Virus record (IMG/VR): IMGVR_UViG_3300017913_001833
Coordinates: 32,001 to 96,000 of that record
Strand: one strand, 5' to 3'
Source of the DNA: a virus
Taxonomy: Duplodnaviria; Caudoviricetes
DNA: 64,000 bases
The stretch's first letter is position 1. The number at the start of each line of letters is the position of its first letter. Both the position numbers and the translations under genes were made by a program. Below, in pieces: positions 8,789 through 18,507 of the stretch. Under the pieces are notes generated by a model that did not search any database, was not told the DNA's origin, and was given only the letters and a program-made list of their open reading frames with translations.

Positions 8789-11026
8789 ATGGTAGAACCA
8801 TCAAAAGAATTACAACTTGTATACGATAAAGCAGTAAAAGATGCTGTAAAGTTAAAGCATGAATATGTTACACTTGAGCATCTATTATTTGCTATGATGT
8901 GTAGTGATAACTTTTACAAGTTAATCAAAGGTTACGGTGCGGATGTTGATTACATTAAAAGTAATCTTGAACACTTCTTAAAAAATAACCTAGAAGATAT
9001 TGTCACTGATGCAGAAAAATACAAGCCTAAAAAGACAGCAACAGTGGAACGTGTTTTGAATCGAGCGTTTACACAAGTTCTTTTCAATGGACGTAGCGAT
9101 ATCCAACTGACAGATGTTGCTCTGAGTATGCTAAGTGAGCAAAAAACACATGCTAACTTTTTCCTAACCAAAGGTGGTGTAGAAAAAGAAGGCTTTGCTG
9201 ATTACGTAAGTGGTGAAAGTGCAGACATAGAAGATGGCCAACTTACTGGTGAAGCACAAAAAGCACTAAATGCGTTTACAACTAATCTTAATAAAAGCGT
9301 AAAGAAAGAAAAAATTGATCCTGTTATTGGTAGGCAAGAAGAACTTGAAAGTCTTGCACTAGCACTTGGACGTAGAGCAAAGAATAATGTTTTACTTGTA
9401 GGTGATCCAGGCGTTGGTAAAACTGCAATCGCAGAAGGACTTGCATGGAACATCGTAAATGATAATGTACCGGAATTTTTGAAAGAATACGAAGTATATA
9501 ATCTTGATATTGGTAGTATGCTTGCTGGTTCAAAGTATCGCGGCGACTTTGAAGAACGATTTAAACTTGTTCTTGCAGGCTTGCGTGGTAAAGGTAAAAC
9601 AATTATGTTTATTGACGAAGCACATATGATAAGTGGTGCTGGCTCAGGTGGAGGCAACAGTGCAAATGACCTTGCTAATATGTTAAAGCCTGCATTAAGC
9701 AAAGGCAATATTAAAGTTGTTGCAAGCACAACTTGGGAAGAGTATAGGAAGTACTTCGAAAAAGACCGTGCATTGATGCGCCGCTTCCAACGTGTTACTG
9801 TAGACGAACCTACACCCGAAGTAACTAAACAAATCTTAACTGGTATCAAAAAATATTATGAAGAGTTTCATAACGTTGGTATTACAGATGAAGCTATTGA
9901 TGAAGCAATCAAGCTGAGTGTAAAATATCAACCTGATAAGAAACTGCCTGATAAAGCAATTGACTTGATCGATGTAGCATGTTCGCGTTTTAATATTACT
10001 AAAACTAAAAAGAGAAGAGTGTATGTTAAGAACATACAATTTGAATTAAGTAAAATGGTAAAAATTGACGAAGAACAAATTGCACAAAAAGAAACACAAA
10101 ATCTTAAAAACCTTGAACGCACTCTCAAAGGTGTTGTGTACGGACAAGATGAAGCAATTGAAGGTATTGTAGATAAAATACTTGTTGCACAAGCAGGATT
10201 GAAACCAGATGATAAGCCTGTGGGTAGTTTTGTGTTTATGGGACCAACTGGCACAGGTAAAACAGAAACTGCAAAACAACTTGCTATTGCATTAGGTGTA
10301 GAACTTGTGCGTTTTGATATGAGTGAATATCAAGAAAAGCATAGTATTGCAAAACTTATTGGTTCACCTCCAGGTTATGTAGGACACGAAGATACAAGTG
10401 GCTTGCTGATCGAAAAACTACAAGAAAATCCTAACTGTGTGTTACTGTTAGACGAAGTAGAAAAAGCACATCCAGATGTATCACAGATCTTACTACAGGT
10501 TATGGACAACGGTAAAGTTACAAGTTCTAATGGTAAAGAAGCTGATGCACGTAATTGTGTTCTTATCCTTACAACTAATCTAGGAGCACAAGAAGCAGAG
10601 AAAAACTCTATTGGTTTTGACGCACCTGAGCGTGAATACGAAGATGAAGAACTAAACAAGTTTTTCAAACCAGAGTTCCGCAACAGACTTGATGCTACAA
10701 TTACATTTGCAAAACTTGGTAAAGAAGTAATGCTTAAAATTGTTGGTAAGTTTTTAGTAGAACTTAAAGACATGGTTAAAGATAAGAACGTCAATATAGA
10801 AATTACAGATGAAGCACTTGATTTGCTTGTAGAAAAAGGATTCAACAAGAAGATGGGTGCAAGACCTTTACAACGTGTAATTGACAAGGATATCAAACGT
10901 CCTCTTTCAAGAGAGTTATTGTTTGGTAAACTAACTAATGGTGGCAATATTAAAATTGATGTTGTAAAAGGTGAACTTGTAGTTAAGGCAACAAAGGAGG
11001 TAGTTAGTGAAGAATGTGGAGACTAG
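8789..11026 (+). CDS. clpA: ATP-dependent Clp protease ATP-binding subunit
   Basis: Clp-N domain, two AAA+ modules (GDPGVGKT, GPTGTGKT), IGF ClpP-docking loop; TAAATA at 8767-8772. Confidence 0.93.
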   Translation: MVEPSKELQLVYDKAVKDAVKLKHEYVTLEHLLFAMMCSDNFYKLIKGYGADVDYIKSNLEHFLKNNLEDIVTDAEKYKPKKTATVERVLNRAFTQVLFNGRSDIQLTDVALSMLSEQKTHANFFLTKGGVEKEGFADYVSGESADIEDGQLTGEAQKALNAFTTNLNKSVKKEKIDPVIGRQEELESLALALGRRAKNNVLLVGDPGVGKTAIAEGLAWNIVNDNVPEFLKEYEVYNLDIGSMLAGSKYRGDFEERFKLVLAGLRGKGKTIMFIDEAHMISGAGSGGGNSANDLANMLKPALSKGNIKVVASTTWEEYRKYFEKDRALMRRFQRVTVDEPTPEVTKQILTGIKKYYEEFHNVGITDEAIDEAIKLSVKYQPDKKLPDKAIDLIDVACSRFNITKTKKRRVYVKNIQFELSKMVKIDEEQIAQKETQNLKNLERTLKGVVYGQDEAIEGIVDKILVAQAGLKPDDKPVGSFVFMGPTGTGKTETAKQLAIALGVELVRFDMSEYQEKHSIAKLIGSPPGYVGHEDTSGLLIEKLQENPNCVLLLDEVEKAHPDVSQILLQVMDNGKVTSSNGKEADARNCVLILTTNLGAQEAEKNSIGFDAPEREYEDEELNKFFKPEFRNRLDATITFAKLGKEVMLKIVGKFLVELKDMVKDKNVNIEITDEALDLLVEKGFNKKMGARPLQRVIDKDIKRPLSRELLFGKLTNGGNIKIDVVKGELVVKATKEVVSEECGD

Positions 11027-11669
11027 AAAACTTTTCTTCGGAAAGTATCTCTACAAGATAACACTAATGAATGTTCTTGGCACAATATTCCGTGGCAAGA
11101 ACTTTACCAACGCTGGCGAAGTATTAGATCAATTACAACAAGATTATGAAAATGGTCAACCATTAAAACGTAAATCTTGGAGTAAGGAATATAATATCCC
11201 TGTTACACATTTTACAGATTGTCAAATAATCTATAATGTATGTCAAAAATGGGACGATTTCTTGTTTAGAATAGAAGGCCCTAACTTTGGTATCTACACT
11301 AACACAAAAGAAAACTTACTTAACCTAAGCACAAAACTAAAAACAATATCAGAGTTCCACGAACCAGATCCTGCTATTGTTGATCTACTAGACAACAACA
11401 TTTTAATTGTTGACGAAGAGCCCTTGTACAAATACAAAGTTTATTTAAGCGACAAAGCAACGCCAGGCTTTGCTAGATGGGCAGAAGCAAACAAAGATAA
11501 AATAAAACTAGGACACACCCTACAAAGAGAAATAGAAAACAGTGGTTATTTGCGTGGATTCTATTTTTGGGTAAAAGATGATAAGGTATTACTGTTAGTC
11601 AAGATGATAATAGGGGGCAATATACAGCGTATAGATAAACTTGTCTCCAAAGCAAATCTAGATAAATAA
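11007..11669 (+). CDS. Hypothetical phage protein
   Basis: GTG start with GGAGG SD, 220 aa. Confidence 0.7.
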   Translation: MKNVETRKLFFGKYLYKITLMNVLGTIFRGKNFTNAGEVLDQLQQDYENGQPLKRKSWSKEYNIPVTHFTDCQIIYNVCQKWDDFLFRIEGPNFGIYTNTKENLLNLSTKLKTISEFHEPDPAIVDLLDNNILIVDEEPLYKYKVYLSDKATPGFARWAEANKDKIKLGHTLQREIENSGYLRGFYFWVKDDKVLLLVKMIIGGNIQRIDKLVSKANLDK

Positions 11670-11673
11670 CAGT

Positions 11674-12039
11674 ATGCCGAGTACAAGTGAAACAATTTTA
11701 TCAAATCAAAATCATCCAGCTGATAGCACCACTAAAACAGTTACTGGTGACAAATTCAAAGGCGATGGTTATTATGGACGCAGTGATGGATTGCATACTG
11801 TGCAATACACTGTTGACGGGTTCCAAGGAACTATAGACATAGAAGCTACACTAGCAACTAATCCCACAGCAGACGACTATTTTGTAGTTACAAGTGCGCA
11901 ACATGTGAGTGCAAATGATAGTTCAGATAACGCAAACGGCAGTTTCATTTACAATTTCACGGGTAACTATGTTTGGGTTAGAGCTAAAATACACACTTGG
12001 ACAGATGGCAATGTAGACAGTATTACACTGAATCACTAA
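11674..12039 (+). CDS. Hypothetical beta-rich protein, likely virion
   Basis: TAAATA at 11663-11668, 5 nt before the ATG; Ser/Thr/Gly-rich. Confidence 0.65.
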   Translation: MPSTSETILSNQNHPADSTTKTVTGDKFKGDGYYGRSDGLHTVQYTVDGFQGTIDIEATLATNPTADDYFVVTSAQHVSANDSSDNANGSFIYNFTGNYVWVRAKIHTWTDGNVDSITLNH

Positions 12040-12050
12040 GGAAGGCACAA

Positions 12051-14183
12051 ATGCAAAATTTTGTAAGCGTTATTTTAAACACAAAAAAATTAGACGAACA
12101 TGCTGTTGTAGAAGCAATGCTGCAAAGTTTAGGTGCACCATTAGCAGAACGTGAAACTGAATATGGACTATTTGAAAGTGAAAACGAAAGCATAGTTGTA
12201 AGACTAGAAACACCCTACGAACTAGATGATGAAGAAAGTGATGCATTTGCACAAGCATTTGCTGATCGTATGTTTGAAATGGGTTATGATGACTTCGAAA
12301 TAGAAACAAGTTTAGAAGAAGCACTAGATGCAAAACTTAATGCTGCAATTAAGGCTATTAATAGCATGGGCAGTATGTGGAAGAAAGTAAAAAAAGGTAG
12401 TGTAAATAGTCCAGAAGTAAAAACAATACAACAAGCTCTAAATCAATTAGGTTTCAAAGCAGGTAAAGCAGACGGTTGGTTTGGTAAGAAAACAGCAAAC
12501 GCAGTAAGAGCTTTTCAAAAATCAAAAGGATTAACAGTAGACGGCGATCCAGGACCTATCACACTAAAGGCTATGTTGAACGCTGTGCTTACACCACGTT
12601 TAGATAAAAAAGGCGCAACACCAAAAGTAGTTACTAAGCCAGAAGTACCTGTGGGTGACTTATCAAATAAATTAGATGGAAAAGACGGCGAAATTAGAAA
12701 TCCTGGTTATAAAAAAGACATGGCAGATATTGCTGCATACAAAGTTGTAAAAGGCAGTGGACAAGGACGTAGATACAAAGTATTTGACAAAGACGGAAAT
12801 GAAATTGCAAACGGTAGAGGACCTGGTCCAACTAATGTTCCAACCAAAGACGAGTACGATGCTAAGAACACAAGTAATAATCCTAAGGCTATGACAGACA
12901 TAGGCGGTGGGTTTGGTTCAAGTATGGCTGGAATAGATGAGCCGCCAGTTGCAATAGCTGACTTTAGTAAAGTTAGCAAGCCAGAAGATTCAATTAAAAT
13001 TGCAAAAGATGCCATTGCTAAAGCAAGAGAAGATGGCAACTTAGAACAGATAGCGCAAATTGCAAGCGCAAGTTTAGCAAACATGCCAAACATCCAAACA
13101 CCAGTAGAAAAGGCCGAAATTGCAAAGAAAGTTATTGCACAAATTGACGACAGTGAATTAAGCAATCCAGCAGTACTAGCAGCTCTTGCTCCTGCACAAC
13201 TTGCAGTTGATGTAGTAGATGCAGGAACAGATGAAACAAAATTACAAGCCGCATTAGAAAAATTTACTGTAGATGTTTTCCCAGAAGCTATACCAGCACC
13301 TATAAGAAGTAAGGTGCCACCAGAAGAAGTTGCAGAACGCAGTGCAGAAGTTATTATAAAGAAAGCACAAGAAGAAGGCTTAATGAGCCAGTTTGAAGAT
13401 CCAAGTAAAGCAGTATCAATTATTCAAGCACAGGTTGAAGAATTAGCAAAAGCAGATGATAAGGCAGACGGAACACTTAGTTCAAGACTAGATAAAAAAG
13501 GTGAAACACCTGAAGAAGACCCAGACGCTAATGATCCTAGAAAAGGAAGTGACGACACTGGTTCAAGAGGTGAAAAACCAAAAGAAGGTCCAGATGTAGA
13601 TGAGCTTTCACAAGACCTAAGAGGTGCTATGAAAGGTATTGGTACTACAGAAGAAGAAGTTGCTGATGCATTAAGTCAAATCACAAGTGAAGAAGAATGG
13701 GAAGAACTTCAAAATGCATACGAAGATGAGTATGAAAGAGAATTACTTGCAGATTTAAGAAGCGAACTAAACAGAAGAGATTTTAAAAAGTATGTGCAAG
13801 ATGCACTTCCAGATGATATCGATGTACCTTACAGAATATCAAGAACTGAAAGCGTAGGAAACTTTGAAGAAACGTATGATGGAGACGAATTCTACGAAGT
13901 TTATGGTTGGATAGGTTCACCTGATGAAGACCAAGACTTATGGGAAGCAGAATATCGTGGACGTAAAGTTAAACTAAACAAACCTATGCGCGGCGATGTT
14001 AAGAAGTTTAAAGTATATGTTAAGAATAAAAAGGGTAATGTAATAAAAGTTAACTTTGGTGATCCTAACATGAAGATTAAAAAGTCTAATCCTGCACGTA
14101 GAAGAAGTTTCCGTGCTAGACACAACTGTGACAACCCGGGACCAAAGACAAAGGCAAGATATTGGAGCTGTAGAAAATGGTAA
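12051..14183 (+). CDS. Multidomain putative internal virion protein: acidic N-domain, peptidoglycan-binding domain, annexin-like repeat, basic C-terminal phage domain (DUF6321-like)
   Basis: QQALNQLG..DGWFGKKT..FQ..GLTVDGDPGP; LRGAMKGIGTTEEE..AYEDEYERELLADLRSEL; KVNFGDPNMKIK..SFRARHNC..ARYWSC. Confidence 0.75.
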   Translation: MQNFVSVILNTKKLDEHAVVEAMLQSLGAPLAERETEYGLFESENESIVVRLETPYELDDEESDAFAQAFADRMFEMGYDDFEIETSLEEALDAKLNAAIKAINSMGSMWKKVKKGSVNSPEVKTIQQALNQLGFKAGKADGWFGKKTANAVRAFQKSKGLTVDGDPGPITLKAMLNAVLTPRLDKKGATPKVVTKPEVPVGDLSNKLDGKDGEIRNPGYKKDMADIAAYKVVKGSGQGRRYKVFDKDGNEIANGRGPGPTNVPTKDEYDAKNTSNNPKAMTDIGGGFGSSMAGIDEPPVAIADFSKVSKPEDSIKIAKDAIAKAREDGNLEQIAQIASASLANMPNIQTPVEKAEIAKKVIAQIDDSELSNPAVLAALAPAQLAVDVVDAGTDETKLQAALEKFTVDVFPEAIPAPIRSKVPPEEVAERSAEVIIKKAQEEGLMSQFEDPSKAVSIIQAQVEELAKADDKADGTLSSRLDKKGETPEEDPDANDPRKGSDDTGSRGEKPKEGPDVDELSQDLRGAMKGIGTTEEEVADALSQITSEEEWEELQNAYEDEYERELLADLRSELNRRDFKKYVQDALPDDIDVPYRISRTESVGNFEETYDGDEFYEVYGWIGSPDEDQDLWEAEYRGRKVKLNKPMRGDVKKFKVYVKNKKGNVIKVNFGDPNMKIKKSNPARRRSFRARHNCDNPGPKTKARYWSCRKW

Positions 14184-14506
14184 AAATATTAGAATTTAGT
14201 CATGCGGATGATTTAGGTTACAATCTTGTAGATGATGCAATAGTCTACATGCAAAACAACCCAATGTTTTATCGTAAACATTACTTTCCTGCAATGACAA
14301 AATGTCAAGACGCCTATCGCGAAGGTAAGAAGATTGATATGGCAAGTGTTATAAAGCCTATGATTGAACAAGGCTGTACAGCATATTGCAATGCATATAA
14401 AATAGGTAAACATCCTGAAGAAGTATTCCGTCCTGAAGAAAGACAAGGCTTATACGACAGAATTTACGAATTAGAAATGCCAAGGATCGAAGCAGGTGAG
14501 TACTGA
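14177..14506 (+). CDS. Hypothetical phage protein
   Basis: Coupled ORF beginning MVKILEF. Confidence 0.7.
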   Translation: MVKILEFSHADDLGYNLVDDAIVYMQNNPMFYRKHYFPAMTKCQDAYREGKKIDMASVIKPMIEQGCTAYCNAYKIGKHPEEVFRPEERQGLYDRIYELEMPRIEAGEY

Positions 14507-15756
14507 TGTTTTTAAGAGAACTATTTGAAGCACCAACAAAAACTGCTGCATTTGCTCTAGGAAGATTAAATCCTGCTACAACAGGACATGAACTTCTTGT
14601 AAATGCCATCAAGCAAGCACCTGGTGATTCTTTTCTCTTTTTAACAGACAGAGCACCTAAACTTCCAACTGATCCACTAAGCGCAGAAGAAAAACTAGAC
14701 TGGGCTCGTAAGAGTTTTGATGGTATTAGTGTGGGAACTGCAAAAACAGTGTTGACAGCCGCTGACAGATTGTATAAAATGGGCTATAGACAAGTAACAT
14801 TTTTAGAAGGCGAGCCAAAACTGTTTAAACTATTACAACAATACAATGGCGTTGAAAAAGAACAGCACAATTTTACATTCGATAAGATAAACTATGTGCA
14901 ACTACAGCGTGATCCAGACGCAGAAGATGCTACAGGGATGAGTGCAAGTAAACTACGTCAAACTGTTGTAGACAACGACTTTGAATCTTTCAAAAAAGGC
15001 GTAACTCAAAGCGCACAACCTTATGCAGAAGAAATGTTTAAGAAGCTACAAGGCTATCTTGGAGTAGACAGTGTTCAAGAAAAGGTTGATCCTGAAATAG
15101 CTACACCAAAAACAATTAAGGTTATGAAACCTATCAATCCACCCAAAGCACCAGATGCAACTATTCCACGTTCAAGAGACGGTCATACAACAAAAGATGG
15201 CACAACATATGTCCAAGACAAATATGACGACAACCTAATGCATGTAAGTGACGGCGGAGGAACATATACATTTGATGGTGCTCGTATGGTAAAGTGGCAA
15301 ACACCTAAAATAGGAGGTTTGCGATACATATACGATTATGTACAACGTAAAATTTATTTAGATCATAATGGTGCTGTTGATATAGGTGACGGTGATGTTA
15401 ACTTTGGCCAACTTGCTGCCTATGATATGGAAGGTAAGCTAATTCAAGGAAGTGGTAGCATTTCGTTTAGTGCAGGCGGGCTTAAAGTAAGTGTTAAACC
15501 AAATGGTTTTGAAATGAGTTATACTGTATCTGATAGATTACAACTAAGAATCAAGAGCAATACAAAAGCACTATCACCTGAAGCACAACAGCAGATTAAA
15601 CAACTTGGACCTCAAATAGATGGAAAAAATCCTGAGCCCATGATTAAATTAGCAAAGATTGCAAAACAATTTGGTGCTAAAGCTCAATGGTTAGACAGTG
15701 GAAGAGCTATTCCATTTAATCAAGGAATAGAAATGATGAGGCAGGCAGGTGGATAA
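14506..15756 (+). CDS. Phage cytidyltransferase-like (HIGH-superfamily) protein with C-terminal extension
   Basis: FALGRLNPATTGHELL and GMSASKLR motifs; N-terminus MFLRELFE. Confidence 0.75.
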   Translation: MFLRELFEAPTKTAAFALGRLNPATTGHELLVNAIKQAPGDSFLFLTDRAPKLPTDPLSAEEKLDWARKSFDGISVGTAKTVLTAADRLYKMGYRQVTFLEGEPKLFKLLQQYNGVEKEQHNFTFDKINYVQLQRDPDAEDATGMSASKLRQTVVDNDFESFKKGVTQSAQPYAEEMFKKLQGYLGVDSVQEKVDPEIATPKTIKVMKPINPPKAPDATIPRSRDGHTTKDGTTYVQDKYDDNLMHVSDGGGTYTFDGARMVKWQTPKIGGLRYIYDYVQRKIYLDHNGAVDIGDGDVNFGQLAAYDMEGKLIQGSGSISFSAGGLKVSVKPNGFEMSYTVSDRLQLRIKSNTKALSPEAQQQIKQLGPQIDGKNPEPMIKLAKIAKQFGAKAQWLDSGRAIPFNQGIEMMRQAGG

Positions 15757-15977
15757 TGGATATTAGTACTTTAAAACGTCTTGCTGGTGTAAATGAATAC
15801 AAAGGTTATACAGAGTATAAGCTAGAAGAAAATCCTAGCATCACTGCTGACAAACTAAAGAAAAAAGAAAAGAAGTTGGGACTAAAGCCAGGCGATCCTG
15901 ATTGGTTTAAACTTTGGTTTTCATTACCATATATGACAGGTAACATGCCTGCAGGATTTAGAGGACGTAAAAAATGA
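15756..15977 (+). CDS. Hypothetical phage protein
   Basis: Coupled ORF with LKRLAGV and KPGDPDWFKLWF. Confidence 0.7.
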   Translation: MDISTLKRLAGVNEYKGYTEYKLEENPSITADKLKKKEKKLGLKPGDPDWFKLWFSLPYMTGNMPAGFRGRKK

Positions 15978-17029
15978 AGTTTTCTGAATTCAAAGAAGAT
16001 GGTAGAATTGTTAAAGGTGTAAACACTACAGCAGATGTAGGACCTAACGAAATAACAAAACAAGCAGCCAAATTAGGTTTTAAAGTAGATAAAGATGGAC
16101 GTCCTCCTGTACACAGTAAAAAGGTAAAAGGCGGAAGTGCAAACGTTGCTTTTAATTTAGGCCTTACAGAAGCAAAGGAACTTGCTAGTACTTCAGAAAT
16201 ATATGTCGACATGGACGGTGTACTTGCTGATTTCTTCACAGAATGGGGCAAGTTAATGGGCGTAAAAAATTGGTGGGACATTAACAAAGAATTCGACATC
16301 AATGATGCGCTACAGAAGATACGTGACACAGATAATTTTTGGTTAGACTTACCTCTTACAAAAAATGCAACAAACTTATTAAATTTGATTAAAGATATCA
16401 AAGGAAGTTATACTATATTAAGTTCACCTTTGCCAGGTGATAAAAATAGTGAGCCGCACAAAAGGCAATGGATAGAAAAGAATTTAAAATTCTTTCCTCC
16501 TAAAGAAATTTTGATTAGGCATGACAAGGATACGTTTGCAACACAGCCTGATGGCACACCTAACATACTAATTGACGACTACGGTGTTAATGTGCGTAAA
16601 TGGGAAGCAAAGGGTGGAGTAGGATTTAAGCACAAAGATCATAAATTTGAACGCACATCAAAAGCAATAAAACAACATATGCAGGAACCAGTAAAAAACG
16701 AAAGCTATACACGCGATCAACTTCCACAAATAAGGAAAAAAAATTTAAAAAACTTAAAACACACATTAGAATATGTGAATGTTGATAAAATTATTCCAGT
16801 ACAAAAAGAACGTATAATGGATAATTTTAAAACTCAAGTAGACAAAATTGTTGCTGGCGACTACTATCCTATTGTTGTAGATTGTGATAATAAGATTATT
16901 AATGGACATCATCGTTGGGAAGCTGCAAAACTATTAGGATTCGAAGAAATGGCTGTTGCTAAACTTCCTTACAAAATCAGCACTATAGTAGAAAATTGGA
17001 AAGCTCACTGTGCAGGACGTAAGAAATGA
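15974..17029 (+). CDS. HAD 5'(3')-deoxyribonucleotidase-like domain fused to a ParB/Srx-like domain
   Basis: YVDMDGVLADF, ILIDD; C-terminal PIVVD..IINGHHRWEA. Confidence 0.75.
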   Translation: MKFSEFKEDGRIVKGVNTTADVGPNEITKQAAKLGFKVDKDGRPPVHSKKVKGGSANVAFNLGLTEAKELASTSEIYVDMDGVLADFFTEWGKLMGVKNWWDINKEFDINDALQKIRDTDNFWLDLPLTKNATNLLNLIKDIKGSYTILSSPLPGDKNSEPHKRQWIEKNLKFFPPKEILIRHDKDTFATQPDGTPNILIDDYGVNVRKWEAKGGVGFKHKDHKFERTSKAIKQHMQEPVKNESYTRDQLPQIRKKNLKNLKHTLEYVNVDKIIPVQKERIMDNFKTQVDKIVAGDYYPIVVDCDNKIINGHHRWEAAKLLGFEEMAVAKLPYKISTIVENWKAHCAGRKK

Positions 17030-17367
17030 GAATACTAGACCTTACTGAAGAATTTGTAGATGTTGTTGTTAAAAAAGAACCAGCACCAAAGTTTACAAGT
17101 TATGAACTTGCTCTTATGGAAGGTGGACATAGTATAGAACAAGAGCCTGTAGAAAGATCACAGAGCGATTTGTATACACAATTAGAAAACTTTGCTGACG
17201 GTAAGAAGAAAGGCAAAAGTCGTCCAGGGCGTGTAAAACGTTCAGGTGCTAGTTGTAAAGGAAGCGTAACAAGCCTACGCAAGAAGGCAAAAAAAGCAAG
17301 TGGTGAACGTGCTAAAATGTATCACTGGTGTGCAAACATGAAATCCGGAAGGAAAAAGAAAAAATGA
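17026..17367 (+). CDS. Hypothetical protein with basic C-terminal module
   Basis: MRILDLTEE start; K/R-rich C-terminus. Confidence 0.7.
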   Translation: MRILDLTEEFVDVVVKKEPAPKFTSYELALMEGGHSIEQEPVERSQSDLYTQLENFADGKKKGKSRPGRVKRSGASCKGSVTSLRKKAKKASGERAKMYHWCANMKSGRKKKK

Positions 17368-17894
17368 AAATATTTGAAGTAACAGATAGTGCAGGTACTA
17401 ACCATGCAGGCAATATGACCAATGACCAAATGGTTCAAAAAGCAAAGACTGTAAAGGCAAAACTAGACAAAGCAGAGGCTACTGGAGATGCTGACCTGTT
17501 GTTTAGCACTGGAGCGGATTTGGGTGAACTGTTAATGAATAACCTGTATCCTAAAATGCTTAAATTTACAGATATTATGTTAATAAGAATGGAAAAAGAG
17601 GCACGTAAAAATCCTGATAATCCAGGATGGCAAGAATTTATGAAAGAACTAGGTCCTCTAAAAGCAAAACTAGCTCAACAAAAGAAGGAACTTATGAAGA
17701 AAGGCATGCCATTAGGACGTCAAGATGTAGGTGAAACAACAGCAGGTGCAGTAGCAAGTGTAGCACAGCCTATGGGCAAAATGATGAGCCGTAACATGTA
17801 TAACGCAGACGGTACAATGAAGAACGGATTAGATCACGGCAATATACTTGGTGGCCCAGCTAAGCCGAAGAAAACAAAAAAGCGCCGCGTGTAG
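17364..17894 (+). CDS. Hypothetical phage protein
   Basis: ATG 17364 (MKIFEV) overlapping the upstream stop. Confidence 0.7.
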   Translation: MKIFEVTDSAGTNHAGNMTNDQMVQKAKTVKAKLDKAEATGDADLLFSTGADLGELLMNNLYPKMLKFTDIMLIRMEKEARKNPDNPGWQEFMKELGPLKAKLAQQKKELMKKGMPLGRQDVGETTAGAVASVAQPMGKMMSRNMYNADGTMKNGLDHGNILGGPAKPKKTKKRRV

Positions 17895-17920
17895 CATAAA
17901 TATAGTAACAGGAGCATATT

Positions 17921-18241
17921 ATGAGAGACAAAGAGATAAAAGAAGGTTTAGCAGATCTAGCTCAAAAAGCTGAAATGGATCACGAAGTGCAAATGGCACG
18001 TTCAGATCTATATAAAATTGCCAAGTATGCTATTAAACTTCATGACATGTTAAAAGGTGTTAGTGAAGCACAAGGTTTAGAAGGCTGGCAACAGTCTAAA
18101 ATAACCAAAGCGGCAGACTATATGGGCAGTGTATATCATGCAATGGATTATGATATGCAGTTCGGTGAGCAAAACGAATCAGCAGAACCAACAGATTATA
18201 AAGACGGTTTAGCTAAGAAATTAGAAGAAACTAAAAAATAA
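17921..18241 (+). CDS. Hypothetical putative head protein
   Basis: TAAATA at 17897-17902, AGGAG SD; LEGWQQSKITKAADY. Confidence 0.7.
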   Translation: MRDKEIKEGLADLAQKAEMDHEVQMARSDLYKIAKYAIKLHDMLKGVSEAQGLEGWQQSKITKAADYMGSVYHAMDYDMQFGEQNESAEPTDYKDGLAKKLEETKK

Positions 18242-18507
18242 TGCGTATAGAAGATCTTTTAACAGAAGAAGACAAAGGCATTTTAGATGTAACCAAAGAC
18301 TTTTTCAAAGGTATTTGGGACAATAGAATCCCTGAAGAGCAATACAAAAAGTATTTAGACTATGCTGTTAAAAGAATGAACTATACTCGCGACAAAGATC
18401 TTGTTAAGAAGTTAGCAATTAAGTTTCCAGAACTTAAAGATAACAACACTGATCTTAATCGCATAATGAACGATATCAAACGTTTAAGACAACAAAGAGG
18501 AACATAA
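18241..18507 (+). CDS. Hypothetical protein
   Basis: MRIEDLLTEE start; TAATG coupling. Confidence 0.65.
   Translation: MRIEDLLTEEDKGILDVTKDFFKGIWDNRIPEEQYKKYLDYAVKRMNYTRDKDLVKKLAIKFPELKDNNTDLNRIMNDIKRLRQQRGT

Noticed and set aside
9202-10947. Long antisense ORFs within clpA (also 23182-23895 in polB, 45518-46105 in the fibre, 12707-13165)
   Set aside because: Shadow frames of codon-biased genes; Ser/Leu-rich, no SD or motifs
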